64,000 bases of DNA from an uncultured Gammaproteobacteria bacterium (GTDB taxonomy: Bacteria > Patescibacteriota > Microgenomatia > UBA8517). The first letter of the stretch is position 1. Every line of letters starts with the position of its first letter. Below, piece after piece: positions 46,717 through 56,353 of the stretch. The translations under genes were made by a program, and so were the position numbers. The stretch covers positions 6,711 through 70,710 of the forward strand of contig CAZRJH010000004.1 in NCBI GenBank assembly GCA_964600575.1. The letters are read 5' to 3'. The notes below the pieces were generated by a model. The model made no database searches, was not told where the DNA came from, and saw nothing but the letters and a program-made list of their open reading frames with translations.

Positions 46717-48693
46717 TTAAGGTTGTGCAGGGGGATTGGCTTCTTGAGGTAAAACAATAGGAGGTTTTACGTTTGATGGGGCCACTGTAGGAGGTGGAGT
46801 AAGATTGTCGGAACCTTCTGCTGTTTTTGCTGCAGGTTTGTTCTTCTCGATCTGCTCTAGGCCCGACTTTGCAAGTTTTTCATCGTCCGATCCTGGCTTA
46901 ACTAAAGATAGTACTTTATTCATTTCTGTAATGGCCTTGTCAAAATCCTTCTTTTGGTTGTAAGCCAAAGCCAAGTTGTAATGAGCATTTGCCAGATCGG
47001 GTTTAGCAGTTACTGCAAGGCCAAAAGCGTTTATTGCGTCGTCATATTTGCCGAGTGCGTAGTAAACTCCACCTTGGGCAATTCTAAGGTTGGGGGAAAT
47101 AGGATCCAGTGCAATTGCTTGGTTAAAGCTTACTATTGTAAAGTTGTCCGCACCTTGAGCAAAAGGAATAATAGATTGGTAAGTTCTCGCTAAAAGTTCC
47201 CAGTTTGCGGATCTTTGAGGATTGAGGGCGACTGCTGCTTTAGCTTCTGCAATTGACTGTTGAACCAGTTGTGCAATTGTATTTTTGTCTGCATCTGTAA
47301 TATCTTTCTTTTGAGCCAAACCGCGGGCCAAGGCAAGATCCAGCTGATCAAAAGTTGCGTGATATCTGTCAACTTGAGAGTTTGTGCTAATTGCAGCCCT
47401 AAGCTCATCATATGCAAGTTTGGCGTTATTGGACAAGATGGCATCTATGGCTTTTTTGTAATGAAGTTCACCCTTAAAAACTTTTACTCCGACAACTGTA
47501 GGGTAGACTGTTAGTAAGACTAATATCAAAGAAACAACTATTGCCGGGATCTTGGATGCAAACTCTCCGCCGTTTCTTACTGCCGTAGCCGAAAGATTCA
47601 TTGTTACTTCGTGGTCTTGTGTGTTTAGAGCGGCAATCAGGAAAAACAAAACCAATACAACTATGTTTGCGGGAAGTGTTAAAAGTGCCAATGCAACCAA
47701 TATTAAGGATAGTGAATAACCTGCATCAGTTTTTATAGAAGAAGGGTTGAAATTTCTAATATTTTTGAATACCCCCTTAACCATAGTAAATAATGCAAAT
47801 ACAAAGGCGGCGAGTCCCAATATGCCAACCTCGGTTACTAAAGTAAGTACATAACTGCTTGCAGAGAAGAATCTATTGGCCCACAGCTCGGTTGAGTTGT
47901 AAGACAAGGGAAGATATTTGGTGAAAGCACTAAGATAGTTTGCAGGACCGATTCCAAAAAGCGGACTTGCTTTAAGTGTATCGATAGCAACAGACCAACT
48001 TGTTTGCATATCTACAATTACGGGTGCGCCTGGTCTGCCCGGTAGCATTTGATATATAGAGAGTATCGAAGAAAGCGCAACTATTGCGGATGCCAAAAAG
48101 AAGAACATTTTTCTGAATTTGTCTTTCTCGGAAAAAGCCATCGAAACACCGATGGGTAAAAGTGATACCAATAATATTACTTCGGGCAACTTGCCGCCTA
48201 CGGCGGAAAAATTAGCGTCTCTTAGAACTGCAGGTAGTTGGGGAATGCTTGCTAAAAGTCCCGTAAATGCAAATATAGAAATTAAAGAGGCGAGTACGCC
48301 TGATAAAAATAATGCCAAGGCATAGTTTTCTTTTTCTCCCTTAAAAACTGTTTTAGCTAAAAAGTAAACCAAAAAGCCGCCAACAATTATGGTAACGGTA
48401 CCGGGAATGGCAAAAGCCTCCATTTTGTTGGGAGTCCTTAAAACCCCCGAAACCACATACGCAAGAGCAAGTAGTAAGAGGGGAAGGTCTGATACGGAAA
48501 CATTAAAAGTAATCTTTCCGTCGTTGAAAATCTTTACTGCCCAAATAACCAAAGACAAAAGTACTACAAAAGAAAGAAGCATAACTTTAGGTAGATCAAA
48601 GAAGCTTGCAAGATTCGTTAACAAAAAAGAAGGGAATAAAACTACAAAACCGAGGAGTAAATATTTTAAAGTTTGATTTAAAGTTTTAGTCAT
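46717..48693 (-). CDS. O-antigen ligase-like membrane protein with C-terminal TPRs
   Basis: About 12 TM; W..A...K.SPLFGIGPANY and TEVGILG motifs; TPR repeats. Confidence 0.8.
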   Translation of the reverse strand: MTKTLNQTLKYLLLGFVVLFPSFLLTNLASFFDLPKVMLLSFVVLLSLVIWAVKIFNDGKITFNVSVSDLPLLLLALAYVVSGVLRTPNKMEAFAIPGTVTIIVGGFLVYFLAKTVFKGEKENYALALFLSGVLASLISIFAFTGLLASIPQLPAVLRDANFSAVGGKLPEVILLVSLLPIGVSMAFSEKDKFRKMFFFLASAIVALSSILSIYQMLPGRPGAPVIVDMQTSWSVAIDTLKASPLFGIGPANYLSAFTKYLPLSYNSTELWANRFFSASSYVLTLVTEVGILGLAAFVFALFTMVKGVFKNIRNFNPSSIKTDAGYSLSLILVALALLTLPANIVVLVLFFLIAALNTQDHEVTMNLSATAVRNGGEFASKIPAIVVSLILVLLTVYPTVVGVKVFKGELHYKKAIDAILSNNAKLAYDELRAAISTNSQVDRYHATFDQLDLALARGLAQKKDITDADKNTIAQLVQQSIAEAKAAVALNPQRSANWELLARTYQSIIPFAQGADNFTIVSFNQAIALDPISPNLRIAQGGVYYALGKYDDAINAFGLAVTAKPDLANAHYNLALAYNQKKDFDKAITEMNKVLSLVKPGSDDEKLAKSGLEQIEKNKPAAKTAEGSDNLTPPPTVAPSNVKPPIVLPQEANPPAQP

Positions 48694-48745
48694 AACAATG
48701 TATCATTTTATGTTCCAAAAAACGCAACTGTCAATCACTAAATTT

Positions 48746-49174
48746 TTACTTAAAGAGTCCTGAAACTATAACAAAATTTACAAATATAGCAATGTTTATA
48801 AATATCGCTATAAGGCACCATGAACAAAATGTTTTGATAACTTTGGCCTGAAGATAAAGTAAATAAAAACTAAATAAGGTAGCAGAAGAAACAGCAACAA
48901 GCATTATCTGGCTCAAGATTCTGGTTGGTCCAAAATTTTGCACAAGAATAGAAAAAACAAATACGGAGATATAATAGGCTATACCGTAAATTTCGTTTTT
49001 TATACCAAAGTGGTTTCCATACTTTGAACCTACCACTTTTGAACAATCCTCCCCCATAAAACAAAACATCTTTTTACCTTCCTTAACCTCCCTTTTATAT
49101 TGCCAATGAAGAAAATATGCATTTAGAAGGCCCAGAAATGACAGTATCCAAAGTGTGAACATGTTTGTAAACAT
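48746..49174 (-). CDS. Vitamin K epoxide reductase (VKOR) family protein
   Basis: C-x5-CSKVVGSKY, FGIKN, YLLYLQAKVIKTFCSWC (CxxC). Confidence 0.9.
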   Translation of the reverse strand: MFTNMFTLWILSFLGLLNAYFLHWQYKREVKEGKKMFCFMGEDCSKVVGSKYGNHFGIKNEIYGIAYYISVFVFSILVQNFGPTRILSQIMLVAVSSATLFSFYLLYLQAKVIKTFCSWCLIAIFINIAIFVNFVIVSGLFK

Positions 49175-49212
49175 TATATATAATTTCTTGGGTATAATTA
49201 ACTAATCAAAAT

Positions 49213-49659
49213 ATGACATATAAAAGCTCAAAAATTTTAGTAATTGCTTTTGTATTGTCTATTTTAATAGGAGGAATTTGGGCGGACCATTTGCCTCATC
49301 ACGATTTCTATCCTTTCTTTTCCTGGAGTTTGTTTTCTAACTCTTCTGATAACGACACCTCTTACTTTATAAAATTAAAGACTTTTGACGGTAGACCCGA
49401 CAATACGGTTTTGTATGGGGGTAAAGTATCCGATTATGTAGGCGGATATTTCTTGCCGGACTTTTATTGGGATGTTCAGGAAGCAGGTAAGACTGCTTTA
49501 TCTGGTAGTAAGTCTGATCTGTTAGAAAAAATCGAATCGAGATTTAAGTCCGGAAATGTTGACTATCAAATAGTTCTTGCAGACTACGATGCTGTAGTAT
49601 TAAAAAAAACCGGCTCTTTCAAAAACATAAATGTAATTGCCGAGTATAAAACTGAATGA
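49213..49659 (+). CDS. Membrane-anchored partner of HTTM protein (SdpA-like?)
   Basis: TM then FYPFFSWSLFS motif; ATGA overlap with next gene. Confidence 0.55.
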   Translation: MTYKSSKILVIAFVLSILIGGIWADHLPHHDFYPFFSWSLFSNSSDNDTSYFIKLKTFDGRPDNTVLYGGKVSDYVGGYFLPDFYWDVQEAGKTALSGSKSDLLEKIESRFKSGNVDYQIVLADYDAVVLKKTGSFKNINVIAEYKTE

Positions 49660-50603
49660 AGAAGATATTTAATCTGGAATTTATAGAAAAGGCGGCGGAA
49701 AATAAACAAGCAGTTTTTAAAGCAGTCAACGCTGTCGCAACTTTTTATTTTCTTCAGATTGCTTTGGCTTTTATTAATCTAATGAAGATCGGAGCGGTGG
49801 ATCCCGAACGAAGCGGATTTCTTCCGATCTGGCCAATGAGCTGGGCGGGTAGTCTACCTTACTCCTTTACATCGCAACTCCTCGCGATGTTTTATGTGGC
49901 TGCTTCTTTTGTTGCAATATTTTTTTGGAGGAATAGATTTGCTAGACTTTTGGTTTTTGTAAGTTTTTGGCAGGTTCATGCTCTAGACAGCTCGTTTGGC
50001 TTTATTAATCATTTTTACTACCTTATTTTTTATACGCTCTTTATTTTCACCTTCTTACCGGACACTAGCGAAAGTAAAGATTTGACCAATGACCAATCAA
50101 AGAAGTTTTTGTTGGTTTATTGGGGGGCAATAGCCGGGATATTTGCTACATATACTTTGTCGGGTTTTTGGAAAGTGTATTGGGGAATTCTGGCAATTAT
50201 TGACGGTAGGCTTAGTTCTTTTTCTATGATGGCCTTTCCCGAGCATGTAGCCAGAAAAACCATATTCGAAAGTCGAGAATACTTTTATAGCGGCATAGTT
50301 ATTTCTAACTCAATTCTTTCCTGGATTGCTTATCTTGGGACAATATATATAGAAGTAGTCGCAGTTCTGGTTGCTTTTAAGCCGAGCCTTCATAAAATTT
50401 GGGCTTTTATTTTTATTTTTATGCATGTGGGAATTCTTCTGGTTATCGGAATTCCTTTTTTTGAATCACTGTTTGTGCTGTGTATCATTGTATTGAACTC
50501 TCCATTTTCCGGTAGTCTGCAGTTAGGTAAGATGTTTTCCGACCTTCCCATATTCGGATATTTTTTAAAGAAAATATTTAGAACAAACGGAGTTGATTAT
50601 TAG
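49656..50603 (+). CDS. HTTM-like membrane protein (SdpB / vitamin K-dependent carboxylase N-domain-like)
   Basis: SFGFINH, YTLSGFWK, TIYIE, FMHVGILLVIGIPF motifs. Confidence 0.65.
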   Translation: MKKIFNLEFIEKAAENKQAVFKAVNAVATFYFLQIALAFINLMKIGAVDPERSGFLPIWPMSWAGSLPYSFTSQLLAMFYVAASFVAIFFWRNRFARLLVFVSFWQVHALDSSFGFINHFYYLIFYTLFIFTFLPDTSESKDLTNDQSKKFLLVYWGAIAGIFATYTLSGFWKVYWGILAIIDGRLSSFSMMAFPEHVARKTIFESREYFYSGIVISNSILSWIAYLGTIYIEVVAVLVAFKPSLHKIWAFIFIFMHVGILLVIGIPFFESLFVLCIIVLNSPFSGSLQLGKMFSDLPIFGYFLKKIFRTNGVDY

Positions 50604-51361
50604 AAGTAAATTAGAGTATTAGGAAGCATCCCGGAAATTTTCGCCTGTTCTTCTTTTGTAATGTTGTTATCTCCTAGATACAAAAACTTAAGCTGGCTAA
50701 GATTTGCAATACCGGGAGGAAGAGACTTTAAACGATTGCCGTGAAGATCTAGTGAGACTAAGGAGTTTAGGTTACCTATCTCCTGGGGAAGGACGGAAAC
50801 TTTGTTGTTGGCCAGTGACAGATTTTTGAGTGAGGAAAGGCCCCCAATTGACGCGGGAACGGATTTAATTTTGTTTCCCGACAAATCAAGCGTTTCTAGA
50901 TTGTTTAAGTTGGAAATGGCAGAATCTACTTTATTTAGTCTGCTGTCTTTTACTTGCAGCCTTGTTAGAGATCCCATTTTGTAAACTTCTTTAGGGATTG
51001 CGCCTATGTGGCTGTATTCAATTACAAGCACGTTTATCTGTGCGGAATTTTCGAATACTTTCTTTGGAATCTTGTAGATATCGCTAATGTAGTCAAAACC
51101 AACCCCTGTACCCGAAACATTTTCTTCCTTTTGTGCAACCAGCCTCAATATTAGTCCCGGAATAATATATTTACCTTTGTATAAAAAAGAACCTAATACC
51201 GAAACTAAAATTCCAGCAAATATTGCAGATATCAAAAGACCTTTGTTGACTTCCGGTTGTGCTTCTACTTCTTGGACGGGAACCTCTGCTATTGTCGTTT
51301 GTTCTGGGGCGGGGGTCTCTTGTGGTGTTTGCTGTTGAGTCTGGGGGTTGTCGGGGTTCAT
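50600..51361 (-). CDS. Membrane-anchored leucine-rich repeat protein
   Basis: LETLDLSGNKIKSVP, LKNLSLANNKV, LVSLDLHGNRL repeats. Confidence 0.9.
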   Translation of the reverse strand: MNPDNPQTQQQTPQETPAPEQTTIAEVPVQEVEAQPEVNKGLLISAIFAGILVSVLGSFLYKGKYIIPGLILRLVAQKEENVSGTGVGFDYISDIYKIPKKVFENSAQINVLVIEYSHIGAIPKEVYKMGSLTRLQVKDSRLNKVDSAISNLNNLETLDLSGNKIKSVPASIGGLSSLKNLSLANNKVSVLPQEIGNLNSLVSLDLHGNRLKSLPPGIANLSQLKFLYLGDNNITKEEQAKISGMLPNTLIYF

Positions 51362-51460
51362 GGATTAATTTATTCTAACAAATCTTAAAATCAAGTGTAT
51401 TAAGTTGGTCATTTTTTTGAAGAATGAAAAGAAATACATTGAAGTTTATACTGATATAAT

Positions 51461-51922
51461 ATGGTGTCTTTAATAATGAAATACATTAAATATGTTTTGT
51501 TTTTTTTGGCCTCTTTTGTTATTTCTTTCTTAGTTCTAAACTCTTTGCCGGTTAGTTATTTGAATGTAAAGGATCAAGCAAAGGGAACGACCATTGAGGT
51601 TGGTTTTGTTAGGTTATCAAAATTATCGTTCTTGGTAGTTCAAACAATCGACCCTGTAAGCGGTTTAACCGACAAAGGTGGATTTTTAAATAATCCCAGT
51701 CCATTGCCCCCGGGAATATATAGGAATGTAAATCTTTCGTTAACAAACGTAAGCGGCGAAATCCCGGACAAAGTGGCCGTGACTTTATACGAAGATACAA
51801 ATAAGAACGACTCATTCGACGGTTACTACGACCACGAAGACGGGGTGATTATAGAGGAAGACAAACCAATTTTTAATCTAGTTAACAAAAAGATAATTAG
51901 AAAAGTAATTCTTTTAAAATGA
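51461..51922 (+). CDS. Membrane-anchored beta protein with Ca-binding-like loop
   Basis: N-terminal TM; LYEDTNKNDSFD (DxNxNxxxD). Confidence 0.6.
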   Translation: MVSLIMKYIKYVLFFLASFVISFLVLNSLPVSYLNVKDQAKGTTIEVGFVRLSKLSFLVVQTIDPVSGLTDKGGFLNNPSPLPPGIYRNVNLSLTNVSGEIPDKVAVTLYEDTNKNDSFDGYYDHEDGVIIEEDKPIFNLVNKKIIRKVILLK

Positions 51923-51923
51923 A

Positions 51924-53153
51924 ATGAATATTTATAAAAAGGTAAATAAAAGAATTGCCATAATGTCGTTTATAATTGCGGTTCCCGTTCTCATTTATTT
52001 ATCGGGACATTTCAACAAAAATAACTCATTAGATAAGTCATTTTTGAGGTCAAAAGTTGCTTCAGTGTTAAAAAAATGTAACAAGGGGACCAACACCCTT
52101 AATTCGATAGATCAAAGATGCGTATATAAAGAGTTTCATAAGTTTGTTAACAAAAAGAATGTTTCCTTAGTTGTCGCCTCTTTAATGGATATTTTTTCCA
52201 AAGAAGATAACTCCAGAAATTTGGGTACCAATAATTGTCATATTCCTGCTCACATTGCGGGTGAGATTGCTTATCAGGACGGTGCGAATTTAGATGAGCT
52301 TTGGCAAAAGTGTTCCAATAACTGTACCTTTGGTTGTTTGCACGGCGGTTTTCAGGGAATGTTTAAAGAAAAGGGGCCGGCACTTTTGGATAATCTGGAA
52401 ACTGCCTGTAAAGTTTTAAATAATCCGGATGACGCCGATCTTAGAAGTTGTTGGCACATCATAGGCCATGGTTTGGCTGAATACTTTGGGTCCAATCTTG
52501 ATGCGGCGGTTAACAAATGCCTAAGTCTCCCTAACGAAAAACAGCAACGCCACTGCATAATGGGTGTTAGGATGGAGTTTATTGTTGCCTCTGTTGATAA
52601 CACTAGCCCCATGCCGCCACTAAAAGGTTTTGAGTATTTGGATTTTTGTAAAAAATTTCCATCAAAGTTTGTTGAGGACTGTTATGCCGAAGCAGCTTAT
52701 TATCAGATTCGTATAACAGACGATGTTAATCAGATGGTTGATGTTTGCAAGCTGGTTCCTAACATTGGCGATTCAATAATACGCTGCGTAACGGGGTCGG
52801 GGTCCGTATTCTTTTTTACGAATAAAGCCAATGCCCAGGTAATTCACGATTTTTGCGCCAGATACGAAAACAAGAAATATGAGAATGAATGTGCAATAGG
52901 ATCCGCAGACTTGTCGTCTTCGGAATGGGACCATCTTCAAACTGGTGCCAATATTTGTCTTTTAACAACCCCGGACTTTGTAGGTGAGTGTTTGGCTTTC
53001 TATGGCGGTAGAGTCCAATTCTACAATGGTTTAGCAAAGCGTAAAGAAATTTGTTCCGAGTTATCCGCTAAAGACGAAAAAAGCTGTATGGGTAGTCCCA
53101 AGATGGATAGGGAATACCTAACTCCGGTTACATTCACTCTTCAGGAAAGATAA
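51924..53153 (+). CDS. Cys/His-rich repeat exported protein (paralog 1)
   Basis: CHIPAHIAG, CTFGCLHG, CWHIIGHG, CIMGVRME. Confidence 0.75.
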   Translation: MNIYKKVNKRIAIMSFIIAVPVLIYLSGHFNKNNSLDKSFLRSKVASVLKKCNKGTNTLNSIDQRCVYKEFHKFVNKKNVSLVVASLMDIFSKEDNSRNLGTNNCHIPAHIAGEIAYQDGANLDELWQKCSNNCTFGCLHGGFQGMFKEKGPALLDNLETACKVLNNPDDADLRSCWHIIGHGLAEYFGSNLDAAVNKCLSLPNEKQQRHCIMGVRMEFIVASVDNTSPMPPLKGFEYLDFCKKFPSKFVEDCYAEAAYYQIRITDDVNQMVDVCKLVPNIGDSIIRCVTGSGSVFFFTNKANAQVIHDFCARYENKKYENECAIGSADLSSSEWDHLQTGANICLLTTPDFVGECLAFYGGRVQFYNGLAKRKEICSELSAKDEKSCMGSPKMDREYLTPVTFTLQER

Positions 53154-53328
53154 TATGCTTATCGTAATGAGCTGTGTATAAAACCGCCCATGGCTTGGTT
53201 GGTCTTTTATCAATAAACCCGATTCTAACATTTAGCATTACATTCTTTTAGACAGTCAGCGCGAACAAAACCTAAATCCACTCGTCTGGTAAATTTGTGA
53301 TTATTAAAATGAGGAACTAACAGGCTTT

Positions 53329-54405
53329 TTATATTTTTTCGTTATGTACCAAGACACCGCCTGCAAAGTAAGCGTGGTAAGGGCCGGGGAGAGACAAGTT
53401 GTAAACAGTGTTGGTTTCGTTGACATTCTCGATAGATTCGATAGCGTAGGCACTTCCGTCGGAATTCATTAGAGTGTCTCCGATAACGAGAGTGTCGGCG
53501 TGTACCCAAGCGTTTTTACTCGGAGACCAGACAAGATGGTTGCCCGTAACTTTTAGACTATCGTTTACGAGTAAGTAGCCACTAACATTTTCGTGTACCA
53601 AAAGTCTACTAACCACTTGGGGGAAAGTTCTTTTGTTTGCTAAATCATAAGATAGAACTATGTCTCCAGTTTTGATGTCTTCAATAGACTTTGTAGAACC
53701 GTCGGCAAGTGTCACTTGAGTTCCTGCTAAGAAACAACTGGAATAGTAAAGTTGGGAATATGAGTAGGCGGCATAGCTGGATTGACCGTAACCGTAGTAC
53801 GTGCCCTGTGAATAGCTGTAGTAAATACTTTGACCGTAACCGTAGTAGGCTGACTGAGCGTATGCGTAGTAAGTTGATTGTGAGTAAGAGTAACAAGTAT
53901 TTGTTAAAGAGAAAGACGATGCACCACAGTCTACAGTCGAGTAAGAATCAAAAAGACCAAGCCTTCTGTAGCCTGATGCCGTAGCTGTTCTGAAGTTGGT
54001 TAGAGTAAAGTTGTCTGCCCATCCATCTGCGTCCGTATCTTGCAAATATATTGGGCTTCCGGATTTGATAGAGCCTCCCGCCTGAACAGACAAACTCCCT
54101 GTACCGATGGTTAAAGAACCAAATGCCAGTGTTCCACCGTTATTTATTGTTATGTTTCCACCTGTCGTAAGTGATAATTGTGCAGAATTAGTGGTTGAAG
54201 CGTCTGTTGTTCCATTATCCACACCTTCGACATTGCTTGCAGCGATAGAACAAGTGGTTGCCCAATTAAGCACATTCTTGGTAGTGGCAGTCATGGAAGA
54301 ATAAAAGTTACAAGCTGCTTTAGCGGAAGAGGGTGTTAAAAGTAGAACCAAAAAAGCGAATACTACTGCGCTTAATGATTTTGTATATGTTTTTGAGGTT
54401 AACAT
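53329..54405 (-). CDS. Secreted protein with Tyr-rich octapeptide repeats and C-terminal Hint (intein-like) domain
   Basis: Signal AKA|A; (YxYxQxxY)x6; CFLAGTQV..TGNH..YNL..YFAGGVLVHN. Confidence 0.85.
   Translation of the reverse strand: MLTSKTYTKSLSAVVFAFLVLLLTPSSAKAACNFYSSMTATTKNVLNWATTCSIAASNVEGVDNGTTDASTTNSAQLSLTTGGNITINNGGTLAFGSLTIGTGSLSVQAGGSIKSGSPIYLQDTDADGWADNFTLTNFRTATASGYRRLGLFDSYSTVDCGASSFSLTNTCYSYSQSTYYAYAQSAYYGYGQSIYYSYSQGTYYGYGQSSYAAYSYSQLYYSSCFLAGTQVTLADGSTKSIEDIKTGDIVLSYDLANKRTFPQVVSRLLVHENVSGYLLVNDSLKVTGNHLVWSPSKNAWVHADTLVIGDTLMNSDGSAYAIESIENVNETNTVYNLSLPGPYHAYFAGGVLVHNEKI
53737..53892 (-). repeat. 24-nt-period coding repeat (YxYxQxxY)
   Basis: YSYSQSTY YAYAQSAY YGYGQSIY YSYSQGTY YGYGQSSY AA YSYSQLYY. 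Confidence 0.9.
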
Positions 54406-54418
54406 TATTTTTTGCTGC

Positions 54419-55000
54419 TTAGGACCTTGGAGCAACCGTAACCGTTGATGTTTTACCGTTTGATGACTTTGCCGTTAGAGTTAAGATGTATTTGTAGTCT
54501 ACAGTGTCGTTTAGACTGGCACTGCCGGACCAAACCCCGTCTGCTGCCGATCCCGATTTAAGACTAAGTTCAATGTTAACCGATCCACGATCCGTAGTTA
54601 AAACTCCGGTCAAAGTAGACACTCCTGCCGTGTCGTTGGCTTTGACTGTTAAGTTAAGTGTCTGTCCTTTTTTGACATCCAAGGGATCAAAAACAACTTG
54701 GGTAACAGTAGGGCCTTCGTGTTGACCCATGCCCACCTGGTAAGTTCCCTTAACGCCATCATCCGGTCTTAAGGGGATTGGTGTAGGAGTTGGTGTTGCT
54801 TTTGGCTTTGCTGTTGCCGATTTTGTTATATCCGTGACTTTAATGTCTTTTGGTAAATCCGCTGTTTGATTTGTAGTGTCTACGGAAGCTGGCGGGGTAA
54901 TGCTTTTCCAAACAAAATAAAAAGAGGCACCAAGAACGACAGCAATAAAGAGTAAAATTACTACAATCGAAACACCGCTATTGTCAGATTTTCTTTTCAC
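54419..55000 (-). CDS. Membrane-anchored Ig-like protein with Pro/Thr linker
   Basis: N-terminal TM, KATPTPTPIP linker, beta-sandwich; upstream of the Hint gene in the same operon. Confidence 0.7.
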   Translation of the reverse strand: MKRKSDNSGVSIVVILLFIAVVLGASFYFVWKSITPPASVDTTNQTADLPKDIKVTDITKSATAKPKATPTPTPIPLRPDDGVKGTYQVGMGQHEGPTVTQVVFDPLDVKKGQTLNLTVKANDTAGVSTLTGVLTTDRGSVNIELSLKSGSAADGVWSGSASLNDTVDYKYILTLTAKSSNGKTSTVTVAPRS

Positions 55001-55141
55001 TGTGTAATAGTAGTATTAATGATGTATTTTATTAAAGTCTTTGTCAAGCCCTGGATTTAAGCGTTTTTTAAGTTTAACAATACTCAAATAATGTGTGGAA
55101 GTTTTTTAGGAAGTGATAAAGTATTATATTCGAAAGTACGA

Positions 55142-56353
55142 ATGCATAAACAATTTATTTACAACTTTTTGTTCGTAATTTTTGCCTCGGTTTTAATATT
55201 TGGAGGATTGGTTCAAACTTTTGGCGGTAGCTTTTACCCGGAATTGTCTTATCTAAATAAAAAAAATCTTCAGTTTTCGGATTTACAAAAATTTTTTAAA
55301 CAAATGGCAGACAAAAAAGGAGCATTGTATGCCTTCAGTGCTTTAAAAATTGCAAAACTACCTCCAAATACAGATGTTCACCTTTTGGGCCATACGATTG
55401 GGGACATTCTTTACAAACAAAAAGGTCTCGACGGGATAAAGTACTGTACCCAGGATTTTAGGAACTCTTGCTCTCACTCAATAGTTGTAGGTCTTTTTGT
55501 AGAAAGAGGATCGTCTGCACTGGATGATATTGCAGAAGTTTGCCGTACCGCACCGGGTGGGACTGGGGCATATGGTATGTGTTTCCATGGTTTAGGGCAC
55601 GGAATACTCGCCTTTGCCGGGTATAATATGGAAAAGGCTGTAGAACTTTGCAGAAAGGCGGGCACAGAACAAACAGGTTATATAGAAACTGCAGAGTGTG
55701 TTGGGGGTGTCGTTATGGAGATGGTTGCTGGTGTTCATGACAAATCTGCTTGGGAGAAGGAGCGCGGAAAATACCTTTTGTCGACCAAACCTCTATCTCC
55801 TTGTACAGAGCCTTTTGTACCTGCGGTTGCCAAGCCAAACTGCTTCCTTTATATAACCCCTCATCTTTGGGAGGCTGCCGGTGGAGATTTGGGTAATCCT
55901 ACGGATGCTGTCTTTTCAAAATCCTTTGCATACTGTGAACAACTCAAAGGCGAAAACGCGGTTTATAAAGAACTATGTTATGGCGGTTTTGGAAAAGAGT
56001 TTGTCGGTCTTGCGCAGTCGCGTGACATTAGAAATATCGGGGCAATGGGAGAAGCGGAGCTTGGCCTTGTTTATAAATGGTGTAATCTGGCGGGTAATAT
56101 GTTTGGTATAAAGAGTTGTGTTAAGCAAGCAATAAACTCACTATATTGGGGCGGGGAAAACGAGTTGGGTGCCACAATAAAATTTTGTGGTATTGTGACG
56201 GATGAAGAGATCAAAGAGTCCTGCTTTAATCATGTTATTGGTTCTTTTAGGTTTTATCAAAGGTCGAACCCTAAGAAACTAGAACAAAGTTGTAAAAATC
56301 TTCCGGAACCATACAACTTGAGATGTGTTGATCCGGGTTTTATTGAAAAATGA
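55142..56353 (+). CDS. Cys/His-rich repeat exported protein (paralog 2)
   Basis: HLLGHTIG, CTQDFRNSCSHS, CFHGLGHG, CVGGVVME. Confidence 0.78.
   Translation: MHKQFIYNFLFVIFASVLIFGGLVQTFGGSFYPELSYLNKKNLQFSDLQKFFKQMADKKGALYAFSALKIAKLPPNTDVHLLGHTIGDILYKQKGLDGIKYCTQDFRNSCSHSIVVGLFVERGSSALDDIAEVCRTAPGGTGAYGMCFHGLGHGILAFAGYNMEKAVELCRKAGTEQTGYIETAECVGGVVMEMVAGVHDKSAWEKERGKYLLSTKPLSPCTEPFVPAVAKPNCFLYITPHLWEAAGGDLGNPTDAVFSKSFAYCEQLKGENAVYKELCYGGFGKEFVGLAQSRDIRNIGAMGEAELGLVYKWCNLAGNMFGIKSCVKQAINSLYWGGENELGATIKFCGIVTDEEIKESCFNHVIGSFRFYQRSNPKKLEQSCKNLPEPYNLRCVDPGFIEK

Noticed and set aside
53329-53736. Canonical intein or homing element
   Set aside because: No endonuclease, no real C-extein and no Cys/Ser/Thr after HN; better read as a Hint autoprocessing domain
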